From Octopus vulgaris (lineage: Eukaryota), in contig OX597818.1 of the NCBI GenBank assembly GCA_951406725.2, positions 98,890,001 to 98,954,000 on the forward strand: a DNA stretch of 64,000 bases, in the 5' to 3' direction. Position numbers and translations under genes: made by a program. Positions 52,504-64,000 of the stretch are shown piece after piece. Below the pieces are notes generated by a model. It made no database searches. It had not been told where the DNA came from and was given only the letters and a program-made list of their open reading frames with translations. Each line of letters begins with the position of its first letter. Position 1 is the first letter of the stretch.

Positions 52504-55339
52504 TGATGATAATAAAAATAATAATAATAATGTGGTACAAAAAAATTATATATGTATAAATGTCATAGTTTTTTCCTAAATATTACAGTTATTAACTACA
52601 TTAAATAAACTAAAAAGGTTGAATTTATCTTGATTCTAAGATTGCGAAAATTGTCTTTTGTAAATCCATAACTATGTTTTATTCAATTGATAACATATTA
52701 ACAAGTTGTTTCTAAATCATCAAGCAATATTAAAAACAAGAGAATGAAGTAACAGAATAGAAGACTAGTGAATATCAGACATAGGTCTACATTAAAGAAT
52801 AATGATAGAGCAATTATGTAAATCTGTTACGAACAGATCAATCTGCCAAACTAGCAGAAATAATCAGACAACATAAATGACCAATGACAACAACAGCAAC
52901 ATCAATGACAACAATAACAGCAACAGACCCAACTACATTTGGTACTGAGATAACATGAACATGAAACAAGATTGAAATTATAAACGAAGACAAAAAATAC
53001 AAAATATAACAGAATTAAAACAAATAAACACATTAATAATAAATATATATATTTTCCAAATATATCTATTTACATATATTACACATACACACACAAACCT
53101 GGTAACTGGTTCATCCTTCATTTACACATATCTTTGTATGGCAAGAAAGACGAATATAGTCACTGAAACATAATTACATGTTCTACAACTACCCTCTGCA
53201 AATGATTCTATATTCCAGACTATCACATCTGTGAATATTTACAGTAATTTTTCAAATCTGATTCCAAAGAAGTGAATATATTATATGATTTAAGATACAT
53301 TTACTATTCTGAAATATTTCAGCTGCATTTAATTTATTTCCTTTCTTACATACTCCAGCAATGCATACAACTGAAAATTGACAATGCTCTTCATAGGAGA
53401 TAGATAATCTTCAAGTAGACGTGTTCTTTAAAAGTGATATATACTATTGATTTAGAAAATGATATCTAGATTAATAAATGTAAGCAATATCATAAATAAC
53501 ACCTATTTAACTGATATTTTGTGCAGTAGTAAGGCAACTCTATAATTTAGATCTATAAAAAAATTGTCCTAATAACTATGCTTCTAAAATAAACAACTAA
53601 AAAATCAGGAATACTAGCAATGTTACCTTTTGGCTATGACATTGGATTCGATATATAAAGAATTATAGTCAAAAGAAAATAATAAGATCTGTGTACATTT
53701 GCTGTCATTTAAAATAGAATTACTGGAATCATTATGACTTAACAACTAACTTACAGTAAACTTCCTATAAAAATCATTGTTTTTCTATTCACTAGTAAAG
53801 TGAAGAAAATAATCTATAAAGAAGGCCTAATTCATTGATTCTATAACATGTTGTTTAATACAGCAAATTTTCATTTTATATTATTTAAAATTAGATTGTT
53901 TTCTCCTTTAAAAATATCTAACTTAGACTCAAGATCACATATTTCTAGAGGAGAGGAGGAGGATCAGTTGATTTCAGTGTATTATGGGTACTTGTTTTAT
54001 TGACTTTGAAGAGATGAAAAGTAAAGTTGAGTCTGATATGATTTGAATGCAACAGGTAAAGTATTATAGCTTAAGACCACTACAAGGTGCTTCACTGCTC
54101 TATTTCCTTATACAATACCGAATCTGATTACATGTACAAGACTTCCTTCATTAAAAGAATTGCAGGAAACTAGTATGAATTATAAACTTATACAACATAA
54201 TAATATAGATCTAAATTCTAAAGAGAGAGCTGGGGGTAGAGAATACACAGAATTTGAAAGTTCACTTGCATTCCCTCTTCCAAGTAAATGTATTTTGCCA
54301 ATGAAGGCAATAAACTGAAATACTTGAGCACTTGCTTAAAGACCTCTTCAGTCTATTACTGTCGCCTGTTAGAACTGAAAGACCTGTTGTTTTTTCTTTT
54401 CTTTCAGTGGTGGTGAGATTTGGACTCACATGGCACAAAGCCAGAACAAGCACTGTAAAGTAAATCATCAAACATTCTAACAATTTCACCAATCCACTGT
54501 CTTGGAATGGTACTTTATTTACTGATTCCAAAAGGATGAAAGATATGATAATAGCAGGATTTGAACTTTGAGCACATAAAGCTTGAATATACACCGCAAG
54601 GTATTTTATCTGAATAGCTTTGCCAATTCACTGCCTATATCAGCAATTTTACTGCTTAAAGTTATTGAATTAACTGGAAACTGTTTGAATGGAAATGCTA
54701 CTAGAATAGCAAACACTTAAATAGCTTTACATTATCTTTCTTGTCACCTAATCATTCTTATTGTACATTTTCATTATATTTGTATCCTCATATTTGTATC
54801 CAAAACGTTTAAAGAGTTAACTATAGCATGCGGAGGTAATGATTACTGTGATTCATGATGTAAGAAACATTGCAGGACTATATTTATAATACTTCTGGTA
54901 AATATCTTCCTTATAAATTTGTAATCTAAGATAAAGTACCTAAAAACATGTAAATTGTAAGCAAATATGATTGTTAAACTAGGCAGCTGAATGAAATAAC
55001 TGGAAATAGTTCACATGTGCAAAGGATAAGTTTTATATATAATTCCATGCAAATCACAAAGAAAACACAACTTGACAATTCCTTATTTTCTTTTGAAGAC
55101 TAAACAAAAAACAAATATTTTCTTTAACAAAGAGATACAAGGACACCAAACAATAAGAAGTTGTAACTAAATACAGAAAGAAAAATAAAAAAAACAAAAT
55201 GAAAATAAAAATTGTAAATCATTTTACCAGAATTACCAACTGATTCAATATTTCTTCAGTAATAAACATTTTTTTCTAATGTTAACAGTTAACATATATG
55301 TGTATGTATACATGTGTGTGTGTGTATGTGTGTGTGTGT

Positions 55340-55370
<31 letters not shown>

Positions 55371-55579
55371 CATGCTATTGATAACTAAGGCTTATTTCTG
55401 AGCAAGGTGAATATTTGAAATCCAAATTTAAGTGAAAAATTCTAGTACTACACAAAGATACAATTCCAGACTGCATATTTCAATCATAAGCATATATTGA
55501 TCTCTCATGTTTGTGCTAATGCTTTAAAAAATTCATGTACATATATGTAAGTCTACACACATACACATAAATAAAGCCT

Positions 55580-55615
<36 letters not shown>

Positions 55616-56583
55616 TACACACAAATACATATGGATGTGTGTGTATAGATATACACACTCAATAAGGTAATGGTAAACTGGATTATTTTCCTCTATCTAT
55701 AAGATATTTGGCAGTTGACTGCAATAATTGGTGCGCCTGAAATATTATTTCAGACACTGATGAATATGACCATCAACTACACAAAAAATTTAGATATGAG
55801 AAAATAATCTGGTTTATCAATGCATAATTATAATCAACTCTACACACTTTAACAGATATGTGCATTATGTGTGTATATGTTTGTGTGTGTATGCACACAC
55901 ACACATTAGTATTAACAAACAGAAGAAAGAGTACACAACCCCAGAGTACAATATTTATTTATGGCCAGCAAGAATTTGTATCTCTATCCAAGGCTTCATA
56001 CTAGAATGAAAGGATGTCACAAGTTTTGGATTATGAATTCTGGCTAAAGATGGCGTAATGATATAAAGTATAAATATGACATAGATGAGATACATGAAGC
56101 GTGTCTCAGCAGGTTTTAATATTGTTGACAGGAAAATAATTCTCAAAGCAACAAATAGCAACAAATGTAAATCTACTATGACAAGAGGGGTGATTCTCCT
56201 TTCTGAGTTAATGAACATATGTTTTGATACACACAAAAATACTCAGGAGAATATAGGAAAAATACATATAAAACTAAGGGTAAGCATATATCATGTATGC
56301 AATAGGCATATTCATATACATATGATTATTTACCCAGAAAGGAGAATCACTTCCCTAATTCTTGTAGATTAGTACCTGCTGTCTTGAGAATTACCACATT
56401 TTAGCATACTGAGGCAAAAATTCATATGTATTTTCTCTATGTTGGACTTATGCTCCTCAGATCAAAATATGAACTTGTCTACCATCTTAGCTTCAATCAT
56501 AATTTTCAAACTGAAGATAGCAACATGATTTCAAGTCAACATGAAACCTTAAGTACTGATATGTATTCAGGCTGACCATAAAA

Positions 56584-56653
<70 letters not shown>

Positions 56654-56700
56654 ATGTATGTATGTATGTATGTATGTATGTATGTATGTATGTATGTATG

Positions 56701-56745
<45 letters not shown>

Positions 56746-59700
56746 ATCAAGGAATGCTGATTCTGATGTGCCTCATATTGATAATGTGGTTTAACAGCTG
56801 TAGTAGGACCTACTGTTGAGAATTAGATATCATTAACTTAAATGACTTCAATATTAATAGTGACGATAACTGAAAGAAGAGAAGTGAAAGGAAAACAGAA
56901 AAAGAAAGCATGAACAGAATTTTAAAGAGAAATATTTTGTTTGTTCATGATATACTCAAGTTAGTTGAAGAATTTGTTGGTGAGTGAACTAATTGATTCA
57001 AAATTATATGAAATAAATCCCCCAAATATGAACATTTATTGTTAGTGAGAGACTGTAATGAAATTAGGCAAAAAAAAAAAATGAAAGAAAGAAAGGAAAT
57101 GCTCACCAAATTATAATTTAGAATATTGAAGATAATATAAAATAACAATTAGGGACTTGCAAGCCTGTACTTCAGGAAACATATCCATATTTTAGAAAGG
57201 GTTGAAACCTTACTTCTAAGAGTTTCAACTGAGGTTGAATTTAATTTATAAAATATATATTATATTATCATAGGCAAATACAACCATATTAGAATTTGAC
57301 AAATTGGTCATAGAAAGTCAAATGATTTTTTTTCTTATTGCCTTTTTCAGTCAGAATATATATTTCTTATGATGGAAGAGATAAATGGTTGCTATAATGT
57401 AGGCATTAATAATTTACATGAAATAAAATAACTATATTTAGAAATCAAATTGCAAACTCAATTCATTTTAGGATCAAAATTGATTCAATCAATTTCCAAA
57501 ATTGTTAAATTCTTTAAGTATGAATAAATCACCTGCTGAACATTGCATCCAAAGTAATCTTTCTATTCTCTTTGTTCCAGTGTGTATTGAGTTCACTAAG
57601 CCTGACAGATCCTACATTTTCTTCCTTACACACAGATACATGAATATTTACTTAGCCTGAAATACGCTAAATTTTGACTAGCTGGATGCTCTCTTCAAAA
57701 AACATTAATTTTTTAAATGTAAATATCATACTTGTTATATTGTGTGAGAGATTACAGAATCTTTCTTCTGTATAATTTAATGATATTAAAATTTTGGAAA
57801 GGGAAAAAAATCAAAATATGTGAATTATTAAATTTTCTTCAATTATGATATACATTTTTAGGTCACTGCTATTGCAATGTTTCTTTACTATTGAGAGGGG
57901 CATAACAGAATCAAGACAAAAAATACATAAAATGAAAACAAGCAAAATTATCTATACCCTTTTCATATATACATATATAAGGAGAAATAAAGTACTCAGA
58001 AATCTGGATGGTTTTATATTTACAGATATTTATTAATACGTCACATGTTTTTATAAATCATATATTAGCACTTGCATCCACTCAAGTGGAGTCTTCAGAT
58101 TGAATTTTTTCAGATCTGTCTCTTTTTATAGTATTATTGAGTGTGTAGGGGTGGAAAGACATAAGATAGTAAAAGAGGGTGAGGAATGGGGAGAAAGTGA
58201 GAGAGAGAGTGTGCGTGTGTGTGCCTTTTTATCTGAAAGAAGTGTCAATGGAAAAGAGAAAGAAAGGAAGAAGGAAGAGAGAAAGAAGAAAAAAATGTGT
58301 TTACTTTTATACAGCTGGTCAGTTCTTTCAACAGAAAGTCATTCTTGGCTTTTAGAACTTTTAGAACAGGGAACTCATAGATAAACGTTTCAAAACAGAC
58401 TTTATCACCAAAGCCACCCAATTAATACTTGAAGAAAACACATTCTCATTTAACAACAAAACATACTGACAGATAAAGAGTATGGCTATATGTACGAAAT
58501 TCGCACCTTCATATGCCAACCTGGTGATGGGTTTCCTTGAGAACAAAATATACGATGAAATAAGGAAAGTCTTCGAGCATGAATTCAGAGAAGACATCAA
58601 GAAAAAGTGGAAACGCTACCTCGATGACTGTTTCATCTTTTGGAAAGATCAGAAGATCTATGAACATTCCACAACATCCTCAACACACTGCACCCATCTA
58701 TCAACTTCACGATAGATACCAGCCACAATGAACTTTTATTCCTAGACATCAACATCAAGATACACAACTCCATCGTCACAACCAGACATCCACTACAAAA
58801 AAACAGACACACACCAATATTTAAATTTCTACTCCTGCTACCCCTCCCACATAAAAAGAAATATTCCATATAGTATGGCGAGACGCATATGCAGCATAGT
58901 AACCAACTCACAAACACACCAAATAAGACTAAATAAACTTAAAAACTTCCTACTAGAACAAAAATACCCACTCAAATTAATAAAAAACGGAATCTCCAAA
59001 AACGAAAAACAAAGAAAAACATCATCCCCTTCATAAACACACACAACCCTGGAGTTACCAACATGTTTCAAATCATACATTCAAACTTACAAATAGTCCT
59101 ACAAAGTCCCAAAATGGGAAACATATTAAACAAATATCGCATAAAAAACCTGAAGAAACAACTAACAAGAGTGAACTTCTCATCAGAGACTAAAGCCGAA
59201 TTCTTTGTAAAAGAGTGCGGAGATGGTAGATGTGGGATCTGCAGTAACCCCACCTACAAATATATAGAGGGAAACAAGCAAATAAAATTTAAGAGCGGTC
59301 ACATGTTGAAAGTAAATGCAGACATGAATTGCAAGATGCAGAACATAATATACTACATAACCTGCCCCACATGCAAGGAGAATTATATAGGCGAAACTGG
59401 AAATTCTTTATGCCAACAAGCCAGAATTCACCGACATGTCCAACAGGAGGAACTGCAAAAGATTCCACTGAGTAAACATTTAGATACATGTGGAGAAGGA
59501 AAATTTAAGATCTTTACGTTCTATAAATGCCTAAGGAATGACACCTTCTTCAAGAAAAATACTTCATAACAAAGTACTCACCCAAACTGAATGGCTGAAA
59601 ATATTTCTGTAATGATTTGTACTAGATGAAGTAAATTTTTGTAAAGTAAATTGTATTAAACACACACACACACAGTACTATACATATGTACATATACATA

Positions 59701-60381
59701 AATAGAAACATTCTTACATTCAGATTCTCCAACCCATACCAGCATGGGAATCAAACATTGGATTGAAAGAACTGAACAGTAGTATAATGTCAACACAATT
59801 TTTTCTTCTGCCTTCTTTCTTTCCGTCTCTTTTCCATTGACACTCCTTTCAGATACACAGACACACACACACACTCTCTCTCACAAGACAATGATAAAAA
59901 GAAATCCAGACAATTTTTTGAAAAATAACATTTACCCACCTTGAAGTAGCCACCTGGTTTTGCCATTTCTAAAAGCCAAGAATCACTTTCTATTGAAAGA
60001 ACTGACCAGCTGTATAAAAGTAAACACATTTTTTCTTTTCTTCCTTTCCTTCTCTTTTCCATTGACACTCCTTTCAGATACAAAGGCACACACACACACA
60101 CACTCTCTCTCTCTCTCTCTTACTTCCTCCCCATTCCTCACCCTCTTTTACTATCTTATATCTCTCTCCATCCCTACACACTCAATAATACTATAAAAAG
60201 AGACAAATCTCCTGAAAAATTCAATCTGAAGACTCCACTAGAGTGGATGCAAGTGCTAATATATGATTTATAAAAACATGTGGCATATTAATAAATATCT
60301 GTAAATATAAAACCATCCAGATTTGTGAGTACCTTATTTCTTCTAATATATAATATCTGTACATCATCTGCAAACCTTCTA

Positions 60382-60420
<39 letters not shown>

Positions 60421-61657
60421 CTTAGTGACTGAACATGCAGTGGCATCAGATGGACTAACTGAAACAAACCCTCACAAAGAATTGCACAACTAAGTATTGA
60501 AGAGTTTTAAACGGTTTATTTGTGAGAATGCGATTAAAGATTTGAAATGAATGGTGTTTTAATGATGTAGCAAATATGTCTGTGTTGCTTAATGATGTGT
60601 TTTATTTAGGCACAATATTGAATCAATACATAATTTGTTACTTTTGAGTTGTCTTATTAGTTCTGTTCAAACAACCTGAAGTAATCATTAAGTTCATTAT
60701 CAGAGGTATCTACGGATTTGGGCTAGATTTGAATCGCACAGCATTGGCATCTTAACTGGAGCACAATGTAGAAGTTATGGATTTCAATCAACATGACTTT
60801 GTATATTTAGGTGTAAAAATTTAATACACAGATAACTTTAAATTAATAAACTGTGTAAATTATACCAAACCCATGAGATTTTATGTAAGCTTGAATTGCT
60901 GATTTCCAACTATAATCACCACATTTCAGACACTTAGATTAAGTAACTGAAAAACCTTTGTACTTGATTATGTTGTTTTACTGCTGAATGTAAAACTGAA
61001 ATGTTTCCTATGGTTGTCTTCAAGTGCTAAGTAAAGATCCTAGGATTAGAGATCAATAAAATTTTTGAATACTTTTTATTTTAGTTGGTATTCTAACAAA
61101 ATGATATATGTGTATAAATTGTTGGAGAAGTAAAAGAAGTGTGAAACAAAATGAGAGAGAGAGAGTGGCAGAAGAAAAATTAAAGAAATAGAAATAAATT
61201 AAATCAGAATTTAAAAAACTGATTATTTATCGAATGCAGAAATACACAATTTAAAGAAAGAAATGCAATCCACAGGACAAAACAATAACAAAACAAGAAA
61301 ACAATTTTAAGAAATAGACATAAACTAAGTGAGAGAAAGATGAAGAAGAGTAAGAGGAGAGAGAGAGAGAGAGAGAGTAAAAAGCAAAAGTAGATAGAAA
61401 ACTAAGATAGAAGAGAGAAAGAAAGAGAATAGAAGGAAGAGAGAAAAACGTTTGTAATGAGAAGGAAAGAAGCTGTAAAAAAAAAAAAAAAAAGATAGAA
61501 AAGATGAAAGTAAGAGACAAAGAAGAGAGTAAGAGATACAGAGAGAAGTGGGGGGAGTAAAGAAGAGGGAAACAGAGACAGAGAACTGATAGCATATGAT
61601 TGTATTACTCACTCTTAGTGTCAGGGATACTAGTGGCAGTAGTAGAAACCGCTATCC
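24845..61657 (-). CDS. tutl: 3' portion (5 exons visible) of a single-pass type I membrane receptor, IGSF9/turtle/Dasm1-like Ig-superfamily cell adhesion molecule; 5' exons lie beyond the window end
   Basis: Manually spliced exons 61657-61613, 44287-44243, 35438-35307, 32433-32388 and 27110-24845 have canonical AG/GT sites and compatible phases (1,1,1,2). They give ..IAVSTTATSIPDTKS|PDNDNDGTDDSDNSL|SALPVPAIGGIVGGLAFLLIAVILAIIAVIISKRKQKKKAKKYG|NVKYFEPDQVDSSRN|ETSSEWNYG..MDSEML*. The TM context (AIGGIVGG..) and the C-terminal SEKRFERLREEYYEYRRKQ motif resemble, from memory, turtle/IGSF9 (human IGSF9 EARCAALREEFLAFRRRR). The family call is from recall, not a search. Confidence 0.65.
29335..29470 (-). 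mobile_element. SINE family A, partial
   Basis: ctactctaggtataaggcctgaaattttggg..gatcgaccccagtatgcaactggtac..gaaaggcaaagtcaacc. Confidence 0.8.
32388..32433 (-). CDS. tutl: 46-nt internal exon, juxtamembrane cytoplasmic (G)NVKYFEPDQVDSSR(N)
   Basis: Acceptor ttttgtattgcAG, donor GTAAGT. Phase 1 in and phase 2 out exactly bridge the TM exon and the last exon. Confidence 0.85.
33703..33895 (-). mobile_element. SINE family A
   Basis: ttggcacaaggccagg..ggatgaaaggcaaagctgaccttggcagaatttgaact..ttctgccagcttgctacctt. Confidence 0.8.
33960..34870 (+). mobile_element. Penelope-like element 3' remnant (Zn-knuckle, GIY-YIG endonuclease and pLTR)
   Basis: Degenerate translation FPCSCPCCCTCPY..HITDSFTCTSSNVIYCISC..SLYINQMGRRLVDWFTEHL*DIRLGNDTLVSYHF..REHELIFSLR is typical of PLE GIY-YIG domains. 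The tail is shared with 1038-1232. Confidence 0.85.
35307..35438 (-). CDS. tutl: Transmembrane exon: SALPVPAIGGIVGGLAFLLIAVILAIIAVIISKRKQKKKAKKYG
   Basis: About 23 hydrophobic residues followed by a basic stop-transfer cluster. Acceptor tttttattctAG (alternative AG 6 nt downstream), donor GTAAGA; phase 1-1. Confidence 0.92.
36432..36625 (-). mobile_element. SINE family A next to a (TAA)n tract (36353-36430)
   Basis: ctactataggcacaaggcctgaaattttggggg..ggaaggcaaagttgacctcggcggaatttgaactcagaac. Confidence 0.82.
36690..38100 (-). mobile_element. Degraded L1/Tx1-like LINE ORF2 (RT C-half to C-terminal Zn region)
   Basis: Minus-strand KVNSHRSESFYITRSEHESC..LVLKPLLQKL resembles VNGxLSxxFxIxRSVRQGCPLS..LEPLLRKL. 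There is a decayed YADD-like segment at ~37870-37900, and ..ALVQCLNIIGLWSYVEHLL at ~36990-37055. Confidence 0.7.
38580..38880 (+). mobile_element. R4/Dong-clade non-LTR retrotransposon 3' remnant (restriction-like endonuclease)
   Basis: CLLIDLSCPFDSRIAKEGEQFFKYNSLTFEIERIWRMKTVKVVLVIMGALG..LLQKVCLKGTGR; followed by (TAA)n at 38962-38995, the known Dong target repeat. Confidence 0.85.
41620..42180 (-). mobile_element. R4/Dong-clade remnant (CCHC knuckle and restriction-like endonuclease)
   Basis: KCRLCDTQIETINHVVFGC (ORF 42020-42226) and DIAVPLDNNVTVKEL..YKDIGKKIIKMWTMKSTTIP. Confidence 0.75.
43225..43570 (-). mobile_element. SINE family B, older copy
   Basis: cttttacttgtttcagtcatttgactgcggccatgc..ccaaatccactcacaaggcattgg..gaagacacttgcccaag, collinear with 10044-10437. 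Confidence 0.85.
44243..44287 (-). CDS. tutl: 45-nt phase 1-1 microexon, acidic extracellular stalk xPDNDNDGTDDSDNS
   Basis: Acceptor ctatcattttcAG, donor GTAAGC, open in the frame required by the TM exon; a GC-richer island within an AT-rich intron. Confidence 0.72.
49023..49244. mobile_element. piggyBac-type non-autonomous element (MITE)
   Basis: TTAA|ccctttag ... ctaaaggg|TTAA: terminal inverted repeat plus TTAA target duplication at 49019-49022 and 49245-49248. Confidence 0.85.
51560..51730 (+). mobile_element. SINE family A, plus orientation, diverged
   Basis: ggttcaaattttgccaatatcaactttatttttcatccttctggattgataaaat. Confidence 0.55.
52426..52530. repeat. (GAT)n(AAT)n microsatellite
   Basis: Directly visible. 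Confidence 0.95.
56586..56746. repeat. (GT)n(TATG)n(TA)n compound microsatellite
   Basis: Directly visible. Confidence 0.95.
57974..60352 (+). mobile_element. 5'-truncated Penelope-like element (RT + GIY-YIG) bracketed by ~380-bp inverted pseudo-LTRs
   Basis: RT: LILEENTFSFNNKTY*QIKSMAICTKFAPSYANLVMGFLE..WKRYLDDCFIFW, FLDINI, HIKRNIPYSMARRICSI. Endonuclease: CGDGRCGIC..NIIYYITCPTCKENYIGETG. 57974-58357 is the reverse complement of 59967-60352, and a partial extra pLTR copy sits at ~59740-59880. Several frameshifts and stops. Confidence 0.92.
61613..61657 (-). CDS. tutl: 45-nt phase 1-1 microexon, Ser/Thr-rich extracellular stalk xIAVSTTATSIPDTK
   Basis: Acceptor attatttctccacccccAG, donor GTGAGT, open in phase 1, same length as the 44243-44287 exon. 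Confidence 0.65.
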
Positions 61658-62042
61658 CTGGGGGTGGAGAAATAATGGATTCAGCGGTGAGTGTAAAAAC
61701 TAGCAGCATTGAGTGCCAGCTAGTAATAGGACCATGTCAAATACACCAGTAAATATATACCAACGAGATTGCATGGGATGCCAAATTTTTATCAGGATGC
61801 TGCCCTTAATAAGTGTTACGAACATTGTCCCCAGATTATCATTTTCAATACTAATATTTATTATACTTTGTTGTCTTACCATACAACATTTTTATTTAAC
61901 ATTTTCCTCTTTATATTGGGGTTAAGAGTCACATCCTTTTAGCTACCACAAAGCAAATGTGTTTGAGAATATGCATATGTGTGTGCGTATACATATATAT
62001 ACACATTGATACATACATATATAAATATATAATGTATATATG

Positions 62043-62094
<52 letters not shown>

Positions 62095-63248
62095 GTATAT
62101 ATATAGATAGATAACATATATATATAACACACACACAAGCTCATATATATAATTCATACATACATGAGCTCACAGAAAGGTTAAGTGCTGTTGTATATGG
62201 TGGGTGTTATAAAACACATAGGAAGCTAACAGGAAGTGGCTGGGCAGTCCACTGTTACTCAGCACCAGAAATATTTTTTCTTTCCAGGGACCAGAGGACC
62301 ATCTGACCTAAAGTCAACTTAACTATTTCAATGATCCTAACAATATATCTTATGTATTAAATGACTACATAGCTTCTAAGTAAGGTAGTGTTTAAATGTT
62401 AATATAATGTACTACTTGTGGTATCAAGCCAATAGTGCTGAAAGACAAGATTAATCCAGGATAGAGCTGAAAAACAAGAGTGCCAAGACGTATGACTATA
62501 CACTATATGGTACTGGACCAAAACTGCCATTAATATACCTTTCCTTAATAAACTATTGATCCATTGTTGTATTGTAAACAAATAAATACTTTGCTGCTGA
62601 ACTATGTTATTAGTTATGCCACAATGACATCAAAAGTTTTAATATTGAACAATGTCTTAAAACTTATCTACATACATATTTGAACATGTGTGTGCTCACA
62701 TAAACACAACCCCTCCTATGTGTAGAGACAGACAAACAGACAGACAGAGAAAGAGAGATATATGTATTATATGCAAGTATTATAAGTATATGTATACAAC
62801 ACCAAATGTTTTAAGGTTACTTTCATTGATAAAGCATGTACTTTTGACAGTCTAAGCATTTACATCATGGTTCCATTTCTGCAACACAGTTTTATGGCCA
62901 GATGTCCTTCCTGTCACAAACCCTTACAGTCAGTTCTTATAATAGACAAAGTTATGGTGTACTGATTGCAAAGATTGGATAGAAGTAGTATTATATGTAT
63001 ATTACACGTTTGTTCATTTTATGTCTGTTTTTCCATTTTGGCTTGAATTGGATGGATACTTATTTGAGACAGCATTTCACAATCAGATGCTCAGCCTATT
63101 GTCAATCCATTCATGCTTTTCAAGTAAGGGATTTTTTTGTTTCACTAAACTTCAAGAGTTAAAAGCTACAGGACATACAGTTTACAGATGCTGGCTCATG
63201 CAGAGGAGCAAAACAAAAAAAAAATATATATATATATATACATATATC

Positions 63249-63293
<45 letters not shown>

Positions 63294-64000
63294 CAGAGAG
63301 AGAAACTTAAACTCCAACTCCTTCATCCGAGGCAGGTAACTCTGATGTAGGAAGTCAGCAATTAGTATGACCTTTGTCAAGCAGGTATGTAAGTAAAAAA
63401 AATAGGTAGATAAACAAAAGTAGGCATAAGGAATGTATTTACATGGACAGTTGCATTTTCAAAGAAATAATGTATGATGTAATCAACTTTTATCTTTGAA
63501 ACTATTTTGGATAAAGAATGACAAGTGACATAACCATGTATAGTATGTAATAAGGCTTAATAATAATGTATGTGTATGGATTAACACAACATTTTAGAGA
63601 TTTGTGATGCAGAATTGTTATCTGCATCAGAAGGTTCTGGCAAATATTTGAATATTAATGAAAGCTGAAGTTGTTAGGTATAATACCATAACGCTTTCTG
63701 CACTGCCAGTCATTACACTCACTCCCCTACGCTATTTTCCTTTGACACCTATTGCTCCTTCTTACCATCAACCTCATCTGCCTCCCTCATTATTATTGTT
63801 CATCTTCTTTCTTATTTTCCTCAGACCACTTCCACTACTATTTTTCCATCATTAGCATTGCTGTTCAAACAGATGTCATACTATCTGTCTTTCACTCTGA
63901 ATGAGAGACTGCTAATATTTCTGTGAATTATTGCTTCTGTGCATCTTCCACATACAAAAACTATTTTTTCTGTTAACCTTCCTGCAAATCCACTATACCT

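Noticed and set aside
57533-57611. Open minus-strand stretch SVRLSELNTHWNKENRKITLDAMFS with a GT donor
   Set aside because: Purine-rich, weak acceptor, and a phase-2 end incompatible with the phase-1 downstream exons.
61251-61612. Hydrophobic F/L/S-rich minus-strand ORFs
   Set aside because: Translation of a (CT)/T-rich low-complexity intronic tract just downstream of the microexon donor.

Overview
AT-rich eukaryotic genomic DNA packed with microsatellites. Its SINE, Penelope and Dong/R4 repeats resemble those I recall from Octopus (coleoid cephalopod) genomes; this taxon call is an inference. Almost all ORFs in the supplied track are microsatellite or repeat noise. One real protein-coding gene is visible on the minus strand: the 3' part of a single-pass cell-surface receptor, most likely of the IGSF9/turtle (Dasm1) Ig-superfamily. 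Five exons join in frame with canonical AG/GT sites: 61657-61613 (45 nt), 44287-44243 (45 nt), 35438-35307 (transmembrane), 32433-32388 (46 nt) and 27110-24845 (very large cytoplasmic last exon). The Ig/FN3 exons would lie beyond 64000. The window also holds an intronless acyl-CoA synthetase/AMP-ligase pseudogene (core 3.16-3.42 kb), a Tc1 3' remnant, Penelope-like elements (one with ~380-bp inverted pseudo-LTRs), Tx1/L1 and Dong/R4 LINE remnants, a piggyBac-type TTAA MITE, several fold-back elements and many tRNA-derived SINEs. The most interesting signals are (i) two equal-length, frame-preserving 45-nt stalk microexons 17 kb apart and (ii) several degenerate hammerhead-ribozyme-like motifs in Penelope-derived and fold-back repeats. 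No new biological system can be proven from the sequence alone.
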